A DNA stretch of 64,000 nucleotides, from contig NC_042999.1 in assembly GCF_006345805.1 (NCBI RefSeq), positions 3,286,001 to 3,350,000 on the forward strand, read 5' to 3'. Position numbers and translations under genes: made by a program. Positions within the stretch are counted from its first letter, which is position 1, and each line of letters begins with the position of its first letter. The notes beneath the pieces are model-generated. The model was not told the origin of the DNA and ran no database searches. It saw only the letters and a list, made by a program, of their open reading frames with translations. This stretch comes from Octopus sinensis (Eukaryota). Shown here piece by piece: positions 39,417-51,053 of this stretch.

Positions 39417-41675
39417 TCACATCGACAATGCTCTTCTCAATACGTGTGATGTACCAGTTAAGACAATCTTTTGCACTTCTTGCAGGGATGGTAAGCCAGG
39501 GATCATTCTCATATAATTTTCGGTTCCCTTCTTGATCATTCCTAGTGCTCCTACGATCACTGGTATTGTAACCGCCTTGAGATGCCACATTTTCTCAATT
39601 TCAATGAGTAGGTCTTTATATTTCCTGAGCTTGTCAAACTCTTTCGCTGAGATATTATGATCACAGGGGATGCTCATGTCGATCAATAAGCAAACTTTAT
39701 TGTTTTGGTCTTTCACAACAATATCTGGTTTATTGGCTTTGATGGTTCGGTCTGTATGTACTGGAAAGTCCCACAGAATGGTTACATTTTCTCCTTCAGT
39801 TACAGCCTCAGGGTGGTGATTATACCACTTGTCGGCAGTTTTGATATTGTAATGCCGACTTATTAGCCAGTGGAGATATTGGCCAACTCTGTCATGTCTT
39901 AATTTATACTCCACTGGTGCTAAGACTTTACATCCAGAGATTAGGTGGTCCACTGTTTCAATCATGTCGTTGCAGAATCGGCATTTTGGGTCTGCTCCAT
40001 TTTTCATCACATTGGCCTGGTAGTTCCGGGTTGATAGGCTTTGGTCTTGAGCAGCCAGGATGAAACCTTCGCTCTCTGCTTTTAGCCATGAGCTCCGCAG
40101 CCACTGATGGGTTTGCTTCTGGTCAACATCAGCTTGTTTGCTGCGGGTCACATATTTGCCGTGCAGAGGTTTCTCCTCCCACCTATCAGCCAATTGCTCG
40201 TGCGCTTTTTTCATTGCCATCATTTTCACCTTCTTTGCAGCAATAGTTGCCGTACTTCCCTCGGGTTGTTCAGTTTGGGTATCCTGCACGAGATCAATAG
40301 CAAATTTTTTGCTTTCCTTGATGATAGAATGAAGCTTCTTTCGTCTCTCGTGATTTTCCACGAGCTTTAGCATCCAGTCATTCGATATTTCGAGATATTT
40401 GGCCAGTCCAATTGTGGTTGTTTTGTAAGCTAGTTCAAATTGGATCAGGCCTCGACCTCCTTGGGCTCTGGGAAGGTAAAGGCGATCTACGTCTGCCTTT
40501 GGGTGGTGCATCCTGTTACAACTCAGCAGCTTGCGTATTTTTCTATCTATATTCTTTACTTCACTCATATTCCAGTTCAACACATTGTAGCTATAAGTAA
40601 CAACTGGAACTGCTAGGGAATTTATAGCTAACACCTTGTTACGTGCATTTAGTTCAGATTTCAGGACTGCACGAACTCTCCTATAACATTCCTTCCTGAT
40701 TTTCTCTTTCATGCTTGCATGCTGAATACCAGAGCCTTCATTTATCCCTAAATATTTGTATGTTTGTTCTTGCTCAAGCTCTCTTATGACTGTGTCAACA
40801 TCTAACACGACTGAATTTGTGGTCTTCACTTTCCCTTTCTGGAAAGTGGCCTTGGCACACTTCTCAAGTCCAAACTCCATCCCGATGTCATCGCTGAATG
40901 ATTTCACGGTGCGCAATAGGCCTTCAAGTTCATTATTGTCTTTACCATAAAGTTTTAAGTCATCCATATAAAATAGATGGCTTATTTTTTTATTGGCAAT
41001 TTTATACCCATACCCTGTTCTGTTTAATTCACTTGTAAGGGGTATTAGGACTATGCAGAATATTAAAGGTGAAAGTGAGTCGCCTTGAAAAATTCCACAG
41101 TTGATGTTTATATTTTCTGAGGCAAGTACTCCATTAGAGTGGTATAATTGGAGATTCGTATTCCACAACGACATATTGTGCTTCAGGAAGTTTGAAATCA
41201 CGGGGGAAATTTTGAAGATGTCCAGCGATCTCAAGATCCATGGATGCGGTATACTGTCGAAGGCCTTTTTATAGTCAATCCATGCGGTGCTGAGATTTCT
41301 GCGCTTGTTGTGACAGTTCTCAAGGATCATACGATTGATTAGCAGTTGATCTTTGCATCCGTAAGAGCCTCGGCGACACCCTTTTTGTTCAATGGAGAAA
41401 ATATTGTTCTTCTCCATGAATGCATATGTTTTCTCCGCCAGGATAGATGTTAGGATTTTATACGTGGTGGATAGACAGGTTATAGGCCGATAGTTTTTTG
41501 GAAGGTTGGTTTCGTTATTCTTTGGGAGTAGGTAAGTAATGCCACTTGCTAACCATTCAGGTGTTTTCTTTGGGTCTCTCATAATTCCATTGAGCAGCTG
41601 AACTAGCTTACCGTGTGCGCACGGGAGCGATGCGAGCCAGAAATTCGGCACCCTATCTTTACGGGGGATTTCCAA
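39417..41675 (-). CDS. Reverse transcriptase + CCHC zinc knuckle + PD-(D/E)xK restriction-like endonuclease (C-terminal 752 aa of the R4/Dong ORF)
   Basis: RT motifs NYRPITCL, QKGCRRGSYGCKDQL, WIDYKKAFDSIPH, GIFQGDSLSPLIF, HLFYMDDLKLY, FGLEKC, YKYLG and RLYLPRAQGGRGL. Zinc knuckle CRFCNDMIETVDHLISGC, then RHD, KPDIVV..LIDMSIP.D and KLRKY. The ORF-track start is an artefact of a frameshift near 41665. Confidence 0.95.
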   Translation of the reverse strand: MEIPRKDRVPNFWLASLPCAHGKLVQLLNGIMRDPKKTPEWLASGITYLLPKNNETNLPKNYRPITCLSTTYKILTSILAEKTYAFMEKNNIFSIEQKGCRRGSYGCKDQLLINRMILENCHNKRRNLSTAWIDYKKAFDSIPHPWILRSLDIFKISPVISNFLKHNMSLWNTNLQLYHSNGVLASENININCGIFQGDSLSPLIFCIVLIPLTSELNRTGYGYKIANKKISHLFYMDDLKLYGKDNNELEGLLRTVKSFSDDIGMEFGLEKCAKATFQKGKVKTTNSVVLDVDTVIRELEQEQTYKYLGINEGSGIQHASMKEKIRKECYRRVRAVLKSELNARNKVLAINSLAVPVVTYSYNVLNWNMSEVKNIDRKIRKLLSCNRMHHPKADVDRLYLPRAQGGRGLIQFELAYKTTTIGLAKYLEISNDWMLKLVENHERRKKLHSIIKESKKFAIDLVQDTQTEQPEGSTATIAAKKVKMMAMKKAHEQLADRWEEKPLHGKYVTRSKQADVDQKQTHQWLRSSWLKAESEGFILAAQDQSLSTRNYQANVMKNGADPKCRFCNDMIETVDHLISGCKVLAPVEYKLRHDRVGQYLHWLISRHYNIKTADKWYNHHPEAVTEGENVTILWDFPVHTDRTIKANKPDIVVKDQNNKVCLLIDMSIPCDHNISAKEFDKLRKYKDLLIEIEKMWHLKAVTIPVIVGALGMIKKGTENYMRMIPGLPSLQEVQKIVLTGTSHVLRRALSM

Positions 41676-43103
41676 TTATGGGCCTTCGTGAGTGCCTTTC
41701 TTAGGTCTGCTATTGTGATGTCTTCCCATGCTTGTTGTTGTAAATTTTGGTAGGATCCTTCAGTTTGTATAATCCAGTCTGCATTTATGTTGTACGTCTT
41801 CTTGTCACTCCAAATCCTTTTCCAAAAGTTTTGAACTTCTTCCATGGGAGGGGTGTCTTTAACGGTTACTTTCTCCTTCCCTATTTCTCTGTAGAATTTT
41901 TTGGCATTGGATGTGAACAGCTTATTTTGCTTGTAAAACTTGTTTCTCTTCTCAAATCTTCGTATTCTTTGGGCTTTTGCTTGGACTTTTTGTTTCAGCG
42001 TTTCTTTTATTGATATCAGTTCTTCTCTTGGTGAGGATCCAAATTTTCTCTTCATCTTTCTTCCTGTTCTGGATCTTACATCATTTCCACATATTAGTTC
42101 ATTTAATATTGATATTTCCCCTCTCATAAATTCAATCTCTTTTTCAATTTTACTTCTCCAGGTTTGATTTCTTCCCAGGTTTTGTTTTCTTTGTTTTTTC
42201 GGGGGCATACAGCTGGTTTCAATTGCCCTAGCAGAAGCGTAAATAATTTCATTTAACTCAGTAAAATCAGGTTTTAATTCTCGTATTATTTCATTTGTTA
42301 CATAGTTGCCAATTTGGATTTGTTTTTTATTTTGGTAGTATTTGAGAGTTTATGAAGTGGTTCTCTATCATTCATACTTGTATGTCTTACAACTTCAAGC
42401 GTATTCAGGATTTTCTGCCTCATTTCTGCCATAGACTCTCTGTGTTCTTCAGCAAATGCGAGATCTTCAGTTACTGTTGTTCTTTCGTTTTCCTGGCTAT
42501 CTTTAACAGGTACAATAGAATTTCTTGTATCTTCAGGCCTTTGCGTACTTTGGTCAGATGGCAGTCTTTCAATTAAGCCTCGTGGCGGGCTATACTGTTC
42601 ATCTGATTCTTCATTCCTTTGTGTCTTATATTTATGTCATTTTCCGTTGCGTGCTTGATCGCGCTTATTTCACTGTCTGTGAGTCTGTTATTTCTAAAGA
42701 TATCCCTCCTCACATTTGCTAATTTGTTCTCGTCCAAATAGGGCCTACTGTCTTGATTCCGTGTTCTCCATATACTGTAAGAGTTTGCGGTGTGTCTCTC
42801 TTGAGATGGCCTACCTAATGCATAGTAATAAGCGTATATTACTTCTTTATACTCTTCTCGGGTCCATTTGTTCCGCTTACATTTTTCTTTCTGTGGTGGT
42901 TGTGGTGGTGAACTTGGAGGGCTCGAGTTGGGGGATTTCCCGTTCAAGTGACCATCCATGTCCGTATTCGAAGAAGAGTTTGTGCCATTTGATGACTTTT
43001 CGATCCCAGGCTGGCTCTTCCCTGGGGGACGCGCTTCCAGATTAACCATAGGACAAGCGATTTGGTATACTGATTTAGTTTTCCTTTTAGTTTCCAAAAA
43101 CAT
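41603..43103 (-). pseudogene. N-terminal part of the R4/Dong ORF, broken by frameshifts near 42620, 42330 and 41665
   Basis: Segments RNKWTREEYKEVIYAYY, LKQKVQAKAQRIRRFEKR...FYREIG and FWKRIW...HNWKSP resemble R4-clade pre-RT regions. A frame change at ...NWKSP restores GKDRVPNFWL. Confidence 0.85.
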
Positions 43104-43283
43104 TTTGGTGCTACGATAATGTTATCATTTTTTAGCTTTGATTGGCTCGTGGGGAGACGGCCATCATTGCCGTTACAATTATAATCGTACCATTATAGCA
43201 GCCGTAGTCGGCTTATTATTGTTATTATCATCACCATTACCATCACTATCATCTTATTATTATTATTATTATTATCATTATTA

Positions 43284-43314
<31 letters not shown>

Positions 43315-44407
43315 GCAAATCAAACAGATCCTATGGTGATGAATTGATGAGAGTTATTTATGGATTAGTTAAATAGTTTCGAACTGAATCACACTGTATC
43401 ATCATATAGATAAAAATCACTTTAAACATGATTGAAATAGCCATTTGCTGTGATGACATCAAACAGGAATGGTGGTATTGACCAAGCCCAATAATATGTA
43501 GGCCAACAGACAGAAAACAACAACAGCACTTTATAACATTGGATAGTCAACATCGATATTGATCACTTACATCATTACCATCATCATCGTTATTATCTTC
43601 ATCATTGTTTGGTTAATGTTTTCAGTTTCTGAGCTTGCATGCCTCAGATGGAATCGGTTGAGTTATATTTTCTACAGCTGGGCACCCCCTTCCTCTCACC
43701 AATCCTCATATTTTACCAAGGTAACGTTCCCATATGGCCATATGGCCAGACCCGTTTTTTCATGGTGATACTTATTTACAATGACCACCTGATAGGTAAG
43801 GGGGATCTGAAAGGGGTCTTAGGGAGTTGCGTCCCTGCCTTCCTGAGCTAGTTTTCCACCACATTTCTTAAAAATCATGGTAGAGGCCTTGGCCTCAGGA
43901 TCACTCATGTCTAAAAACTGAAGTTGGAGGTAAGCAAGGGCATGCTCCCCCGTAGAAAATCCAGCTCCAAAAAGCCTCATGATAGCAGAGGTGAATGGGC
44001 ACTAGCCAGCCCAAAGGTTGGGGTGGACTGCATTTGCCTGCCTTGGTTGCTATGGCATTGAGGTAGATCTGGCCACCCCCGTTAACAGGGACAAAACCCA
44101 GATTTAAAACACTATGGATGATGATGTCAAGAAGACATGAACAGACACACAGTAGGACGGAACCTGAAACCATGTGGTTGGAAATCATACTACTTGACCA
44201 CTACCTCTTTCATGTTCAAACTGGCCTGATCCAACATCTCATGCCTATCCTACAATATCATGTCTATATCTAAATAAACAGAGCAACAAACTAAACCAAT
44301 CAACAGCCAACAATAACAAAACTAATCCATGGAACACCTTCTGTGCAAAGTCTTCATAGTAAAACAAGGAGATAGCATATTTGATTGGGTAAGTTAAGAA
44401 TTTGTAA

Positions 44408-45160
44408 TTAGCCCTTTGGTATAATATTCTACCAAAATATAATAACCAACCAAAATATTCTGCCTCTTTCATGTTCAAACTGGCCTGATCCAACATCTCA
44501 CACTTGTCCTACAATGTCATTCTAAAAATAATCACATTGAAATCTTGAAATCAAAAGATGATGCATGATTAATTCAAAATAATGTGAATAAATAAGCATT
44601 AACCCCTTGACAACGGTTGACGCAAATATGCAATCACCGTTTTGCTTGCCTACCCATGGTTAATGTAAATATATGATGTAGAGCTGCCCTACATCTATCA
44701 CGGACTTTTTAGTCGCTGACCTATGTTTACATTCGCTATCGTGTACTTTATCTCTTGAGGTGCACATTATCGCCGTCCTGTGCATTATCTTAGCTATTTT
44801 AGGTTACGTTCAAGTCATGAGACTAGCAGTAGACCAATGGCATGCGGACACTTTACATGCATAATACCGTGTTTTGAGTTGCACCACACACAAGCTATTT
44901 TCTGAACTTGAGCAGAATAACTCATGCATATTGTATTATGATAAAGAGCTTCACATACTTAGTTTTCATAAACCGGTAGACGTAAATGTACGACGCTATG
45001 TTATTGTAACGGTGAACGTAAATAGACGCGAGCCCGTTGGCATTTGTGTGTATGTGTGGCCTCAGTAGATAAAATAAATCGGAGCAGTGTCTCGCATGCT
45101 TCAGGTAATACCGGTGTCAAGGGGTTAAATTTGACAAGAATCTGAATGCTAAAGGGTTAA
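44408..45160. mobile_element. Older TTAA-type MITE interrupted by the element at 44603-45124
   Basis: Left end ttagccctttgg and right end aatctgaatgctaaagggttaa. The two halves align with the uninterrupted copy at 61016-61227. Confidence 0.7.
44603..45124. mobile_element. TTAA-flanked (piggyBac-like) non-autonomous element
   Basis: TTAA|ccccttgacaacggt ... accggtgtcaagggg|TTAA, with a CpG-rich interior. Confidence 0.88.
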
Positions 45161-45499
45161 TTAAAATGATATTGTTAATGATGAGAAGAATCATGATACA
45201 GTTTTACTAGTTCTGGTCATGAATGGCAAAGGAGACGACCCTGGAATTTTAATTAGTCTTTTACTTATTTCAATCATTGGAATGTAGCCAAGCTTGAGCA
45301 CAACTTGGAGGGGTTAATTATTTGAATGAACCCCAGTATTTCTCTCTATGTTAGGTACTTATTTTATCAATCTCGTTTATTATTATTATTATTATTTTTG
45401 TTTTGAACTGCTAATTTACAGGGTTGTAATCAAAGCTCACTAATTATCAAGCCATGAGAGACAAAGACAAATACACACACACACACACACACACACATA

Positions 45500-45719
45500 C
45501 TGGGGGTGCAAAAGTAGGTATACAGTTATGAAAAAAAGAAAACACGTATAATACCCATTCATTTTTTAATAAAAAAGTTATGATAAATGTGTTATTATGA
45601 TTAATGACACTGAAAATATCAAAAATGAAGCTAACTTAAAATTTTTTTTTGATAAAAATAAATGAGTATTGTATGTGTTTTCTTTTTTCATAACTATATA
45701 CCTACTTTTGCACCCCCTG
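45500..45719. mobile_element. Tc1/mariner-type MITE
   Basis: TA|ctgggggtgcaaaagtaggtatacagttatgaaaaaaagaaaacac... and ...gtgttttcttttttcataactatatacctacttttgcaccccctg|TA, with roughly 70 bp imperfect TIRs. Confidence 0.9.
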
Positions 45720-45882
45720 TACATATGTTTGTGTGTGTATATATATGTGTGTGTTACAAAAATTTAAAAAATTATCATTGATATTTCAAAAACTTTGCTT
45801 ACAGCGGTTTTGACAACCCCAATGTTCACAAGCTGATCATTATTAAAAATAATAATTATAGCATAAAACTGTGTTGTTATTA

Positions 45883-46520
45883 CAGAGTGACCCCAGAAAA
45901 AGAAAACCCACAAATCTTTGTATAAAATGACGAAGAGGGATAGATTGAGATTAACAGTGGTTCCAGCAAGATGGGGCCAAAACTCCCACCCCACCACATA
46001 TCAAATGATTCCCTAGCCTGGCTGAGAGAGTGATTTCAGGAGAGACTGATCAGCAGGAAGTGTGACGTTGAGGGGGCATCACATTCACCAGACTTGAAAC
46101 CCCTGCCAGATTTTTATCTGTAGGGGTATCTCAAGGATAATGTTTACCAGAACAACCCTCAAATGATTGGTGAACTTAAGGCAGCAATCACAGCATAAAT
46201 CAGGGAAATCTGCAAAGAGGAATGTGCTTGAGCAATTGACAATTTTGCACGACGTATGCAAGTGTTTGTGCAACGTAAGCCATTTGGTGCATATTTTGAA
46301 AAGAACATGACTTTTATGCAAAGGGACTGGGCCTTGTGCAGCCTTCTGGCTTCCCAGACCCCAGCTGAACCGTCCAACCCATGCTAGCATGGAAAGCGGA
46401 TGCTAAACGATGATGATGATGATGAATGATTGTACACAGACTGAAGTTTAAGTCCAGCAAATTTCTTGAAATTTGCTGGACCTTTGTAGGGTTTAATAAA
46501 ATTTTTATGGGGTCACCCTG
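45883..46520 (+). mobile_element. Internally deleted Tc1/mariner element (probably DD41D/rosa-like) with a nested SINE tail
   Basis: TA-flanked TIRs cagagtgaccccagaaaa and ttttatggggtcaccctg. Remnant WFQQDGA...HISNDSLAWLRE..ERLISRKCDVE..HSPDL...DFYL*GYLKDNVY. The catalytic spacing is uncertain because of frameshifts. A SINE R 3' end lies at 46328-46425. Confidence 0.85.
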
Positions 46521-46742
46521 TATTTACTATTATTTGTTTCTGTTGTTGATGAATACCAAGGACATCCCATGGGAGATGATGACAGGGCACTGTGTGTCCA
46601 GCTGTGGCCAATCTGTCCCATGCATGTTTGGAAGGCTCTACCACTAGTTGGGCACTGGTTGTCTGCTAGGAAAGAAGATGAGAAACTGCCTCTTGACTTG
46701 TGTGGTTCACATTTTCATTGTGCCCCTGCAATTCTCTTTTGT

Positions 46743-46968
46743 TTAACCCTTTCGTTAGCAACCCAGCTGGAAACCACTTCTGGCCCTGTAGTACAAATGT
46801 CTTGTTTTCATAAGTTCTGAATTAAAATTTTCCACCAAAAGTCACAATTTATGTTCCTAACACTAACTGAATGATAACTGAGTTATTTTACTAAATTCTT
46901 TGTAATATTTCAAATTAATTGAAAGAAACACAGAGCATCTCAACAGAAATACAGTAACGAAAGGGTTA
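46743..46968. mobile_element. TTAA-type MITE, copy 1
   Basis: ttaaccctttcgtta ... gtaacgaaagggttaa. Confidence 0.85.
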
Positions 46969-46985
46969 AAGCCACCATGATATTT

Positions 46986-47214
46986 TTAACCCTTTTGATA
47001 CTAACTTGGCTGAAACCACCTCTGGCTCTGAGTACAAATGTCTTGTTTTCATAAGTTCTGAATTAAAATCTTCCACCAAATCTTAGTCACAATTTATGTT
47101 CCTAACACTAACTGAATGATAACTAAGTTATTTTACTAAATTCTTTGTTATATTTCAAATTAATTGAAAGAAACACAGAGCATCTCAACAGAAATACAGT
47201 AACGAAAAGGTTAA
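46986..47214. mobile_element. TTAA-type MITE, copy 2 (direct repeat of copy 1)
   Basis: ttaacccttttgata ... gtaacgaaaaggttaa. The interior is nearly identical to 46743-46968. Confidence 0.85.
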
Positions 47215-47404
47215 AGGAGATGCCATCTCTGATGGTGCTGCTTCACCAGGCAGGGTGGTTTTGTGCTTGCATTTCCTGGCCTCAGGATTGATCTCAAAGC
47301 TCTTTCATCTTTCAAGCTGTATATGATGTGAATTAAAAACCATAACATTCTCATGGAACTATTTTAACATAAATTTTGTATTTATTATTGATGATATGCT
47401 TTTA

Positions 47405-47800
47405 GTCTTTTGCTTGTTTCAGTCATTTGACTGTGGCCTTGTTGGAACACCGCCTTTAGTCGAATAAATCAACCCCAGGACTTATTCTTTGTAGGCCTAG
47501 TACTTACTCTATCGGTCTCTTTTGACAAACTGCTAAGTTACGGGGACATAAACACACCAACGTCAGTTGTCAAGCGATGGTGGGGGAACAAACGCAGACA
47601 CACAAATATATATACACACACACACACTCACTCACACACAACACATATATACAACAAGCTTCTTTCAGTTTTCATTTAACAAATCCACTCACAAGGCTTT
47701 GGTCAGCCTGAGACTATAGCAGAAGACACGCAAGGTGCCACACAGTGAGACTGAACCCAGAACCATGTGGTTCGGAAGCAAGCTTCTTACCACACTGCCA
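47405..47800 (-). mobile_element. SINE family A
   Basis: cttgtttcagtcatttgactg...caagcttcttaccacac. Confidence 0.82.
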
Positions 47801-48181
47801 CACAGACATTTGTAGGTGTTATCAAAACAGTGATAGGAAATTCGTCCGCTTTCCATGCTAGCATGGGTTGGACGATTGACTGAGGGCTGGCGAACCAGAT
47901 GGTTGCACCAGGCTTCAATCTTGATTTGGCAGAGTTTCTACAGCTGGATGCCCTAAAGTTCTCAAATATCAAAAATCTTGTTTGCTTTCCAGAGATCCTA
48001 ATATAGTTTCTTCTTGGCATTCATCATAGGCCAATTATAGACTCTAAGCATCATACCTAAATAAGAATAAAGAAATGCTGAGTTTATGGCAATGTTATAA
48101 ATTGTGCTTTGAAATCTCTTGCATAAGATATACAAAGTGAGAATAAAAAAAAAAAGCCCTAAGAAAGAAATTGAGCAGTTA

Positions 48182-48631
48182 TCTCTCTCTATATAAAGCT
48201 GAAGTTGTCTGTGTCTGGCAGGTTTGGTAGCCTTCAACTAAAGCTATCTCCTCCGAGACCCTTCGGCGCAAGTTGACCAAAATTGAGAGTATGATGGAAG
48301 AAGGCTTGCTCTTCCTACCGTAGAAGAAAAAATTCAAATCAGATCATGTTAACACCAAAAATTATTTACATCAAAAAGGTGCTTTTTTCCTATGAAAATC
48401 CCTATTTTTACGATTTTTTTACTGCTGTGTCGCCATTTTTCGGTGTATTTCAACAACAATTGAAGTCGGCATTACACATTTGCAGCACATTCAGCAAACT
48501 CAAGCATCGGCACACTATACTTTTATTCATAGATTGAAACTATATCAAAACTTTGTTAACACGACATCAAAGTCCGCCCTTTTAAGCGCAACTAAAAAAC
48601 AAACTCGGGCAGCACAGGGCTATACTGCTAG
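48182..48631 (+). mobile_element. Non-autonomous Helitron
   Basis: a|TCtctctctatataaagctgaagttgt ... ctcgggcagcacagggctatactgCTAG|t. The first ~270 bp are homologous to the 28.7 kb copy. Confidence 0.85.
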
Positions 48632-49748
48632 TATTTTTATATTATTAAGCAGAATATACCTGGTTGTGGCATACAACTAGTCAGAATCATACTCCCAGTT
48701 TCATGGTGAATATTGAACACAGGAATATTGCCATCGGTTTTCCTAGTGCAATAGTCACTGTGAAACCATTGGCAACATTTGTATATAACCAGTTGTATGG
48801 CAGAACCAGTAATATACTGCGGTGGAATTACAACCGTGATTCGTGGTCTGCTACCACAAGAGCTCCTTTATAGGATCCAGTTAGTTCAAGACATCATCAG
48901 GAGGAACCACGTCCGGTTTTGGCCCCTACTCCTCTACTGTTTTGACATGGCGGAGTCCCACCTTTCGGAGTTGTCTTCAGCTCTGGTGTTGGATGCATGT
49001 CTTCTTTCTTCTGTTCCCTGGCCTCTTCGGTGTAGCGTCAGCTGGTGACTGACTGACTTGTCAAATTTTTTCCCTTTAAATACCTGCTGCTAGGCTCCAG
49101 CAGGCAGCCCCAGCAAGTTGTCACGTGACACTGTCTCACCTTAACTGACTAGTGAAGGCGCGTATACTGCTTGACACTATATAAATATGTGTGTGTGTGT
49201 CTGTCTGTGTGTGAGTGAGTGTGCACTATAGACAAGCTAGTGTGTAATATTCTCCATTGTTGCTTGATGCGATAGAATTTGAACTCAAGACACCAAGACA
49301 GACAAAATGCCACTAAACAGACAACAACAACAACAACAGCAACAGCACTGACCTTCTGCTAGACAACATCTGTAATGCAGTCATGTATTTCGTTATTGAT
49401 TTATTGTTCTTTTCCAGGTCAGCTTTGACCTGAATAATTCAAATGCACCAACAGAACAGGAGAGAAGGAAACAACGTAGACATTTCAATGTCTGAAGTGA
49501 AATGGTCAAGGGAATAAAGCATTGGACGACAGGAATTCATAGGTCAGGAGTTCAATCTACTTCAGATATTATAATGTAAGTTTATATAAGACTTATTACC
49601 ATCTATTCTAGTTGATCAAAATTAATAATAACATAGGAAAAATTCCCCTGGAATGCTGCTGTCTGCAATGAAGAAGATATATTTAAATGTAAGGCAATAT
49701 ATTTAATGTAGTGAAGCAAAAACGTGTTCTCATAAAAATTCCACCTGT

Positions 49749-50480
49749 ATCATCATCATCATCATCCATCATCATCAACACCATCCTCCACCACCATCAT
49801 CATGCATCATCATCCATCATCCATCACCCTCCATCATCATCATCCTCCTCCATCTTCATCATCTATCATCATCCATCATTATCATCATCATCATCATCAT
49901 CCTCCTCCATCTTCATCATCCATCCTCCTCCATCTTCATCATCTATCATCATCCATCATTATCATCATCATCATCATCCTCCTCCATCTTCATCATCCAT
50001 CCTCCTCCATCTTCATCATCTATCATCATCCATCATTATCATCATCATCATCATCCTCCTCCATCTTCATCATCATCATCCTCCATCTTCATCCATCATC
50101 CTCCATCTTCATCATCATCCATCATCCTCCATCATCATCATCATCCTCCATCTTCATCATCCATCATCCTCCATCTTCATCATCCATCATCATCCATCAT
50201 CCATCAATCATCCTCCATCATCATCCATCATCATCAATCATCGTCCATCATCATCATTCATCATCCTCCATCTTCATCATCTATCATCATCCATCATCAT
50301 CATCATCCTCCATCATCATCTATCATCATCCACCATCCTCCATCATCATCCATCATCATCCTCCATCATCCACCATCCTCCATCATCATCCATCATCATC
50401 CTCCATCATCCTCCATCCTCCATCATCATCCATCATCATCCTCCATCATCCTCCATCATCATCCTCCATCCTCCATCATC
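49749..50480. repeat. Roughly 730 bp (CAT/CCT/CTT) degenerate trinucleotide tract
   Basis: Recurring catcctcctccatcttcatcatc units. It forms the tail of a minus-strand SINE at about 50480-50770. Confidence 0.92.
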
Positions 50481-51053
50481 GTCTTAATGTTCATTTTTCC
50501 ATGCTTGTATAAGTCGCATAGAGTTTATTGAGATACTTTTCTGCAGCTTACGGCCCTTCCTGTCACCAACATGTACCTGTTTTCAAGCAAGGCAATATTA
50601 CCCCCATGGCCCCAGACATGTTTACACAGAATACTGAACATGAACGACACCACTTGTATGGCATTGATGTTCATTAACAATTATCATGCTATGTCAACAC
50701 AAGTGCACAGACATACAGTCACATATATTTTTAAACAGTGGGCTTCTTTCAGTTTCCATCTATCAATCCACATGTTTGATGAGGAAAAATAAAGCAAGAG
50801 CGGAATACTACAGAGATGCTTTCCTGGGGATTGAAGAATTCAATAAGGGTCTCACTGCAAGATAGTTTTATTGGTTGCTTTTTAAGATCCCTGGGGCATC
50901 AAATAGAATGGTTTGTGAAATTTGTTCCAACTCTTGGTGTTGAGAGTTCAAATTATATTGAGGTCAACTTTGGGGTTAACAAATAGAGTATAAAACTAGA
51001 GAAAGAGATAGGTCAAATTGTTAGCAGTCATATTGTAATAACTCTTCTGACTT

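Larger units (their letters stand above)
39240..43213 (-). mobile_element. Near full-length R4/Dong-clade non-LTR retrotransposon (single-ORF RT plus restriction-like endonuclease)
   Basis: ORF pieces at 42573-43103, about 42330-42620, 41603-42208 and 39417-41675 join into one roughly 1.2k aa frame. There is a short 5' UTR starting near gccgactacggc, and an A-rich 3' end running into (TAA)n. (TAA)n-like tracts flank both sides (39120-39237 and 43214-43313). Confidence 0.93.

Noticed and set aside
49418-49575. Exon-like segment between ttccag and gtaagt
   Set aside because: There are stops in all three frames and no recognisable protein. It cannot be supported without transcripts.
49711-50512. 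His/Ser/Ile/Pro-rich ORFs
   Set aside because: This is a degenerate CAT repeat, open in several frames, and it is the expanded tail of a SINE.
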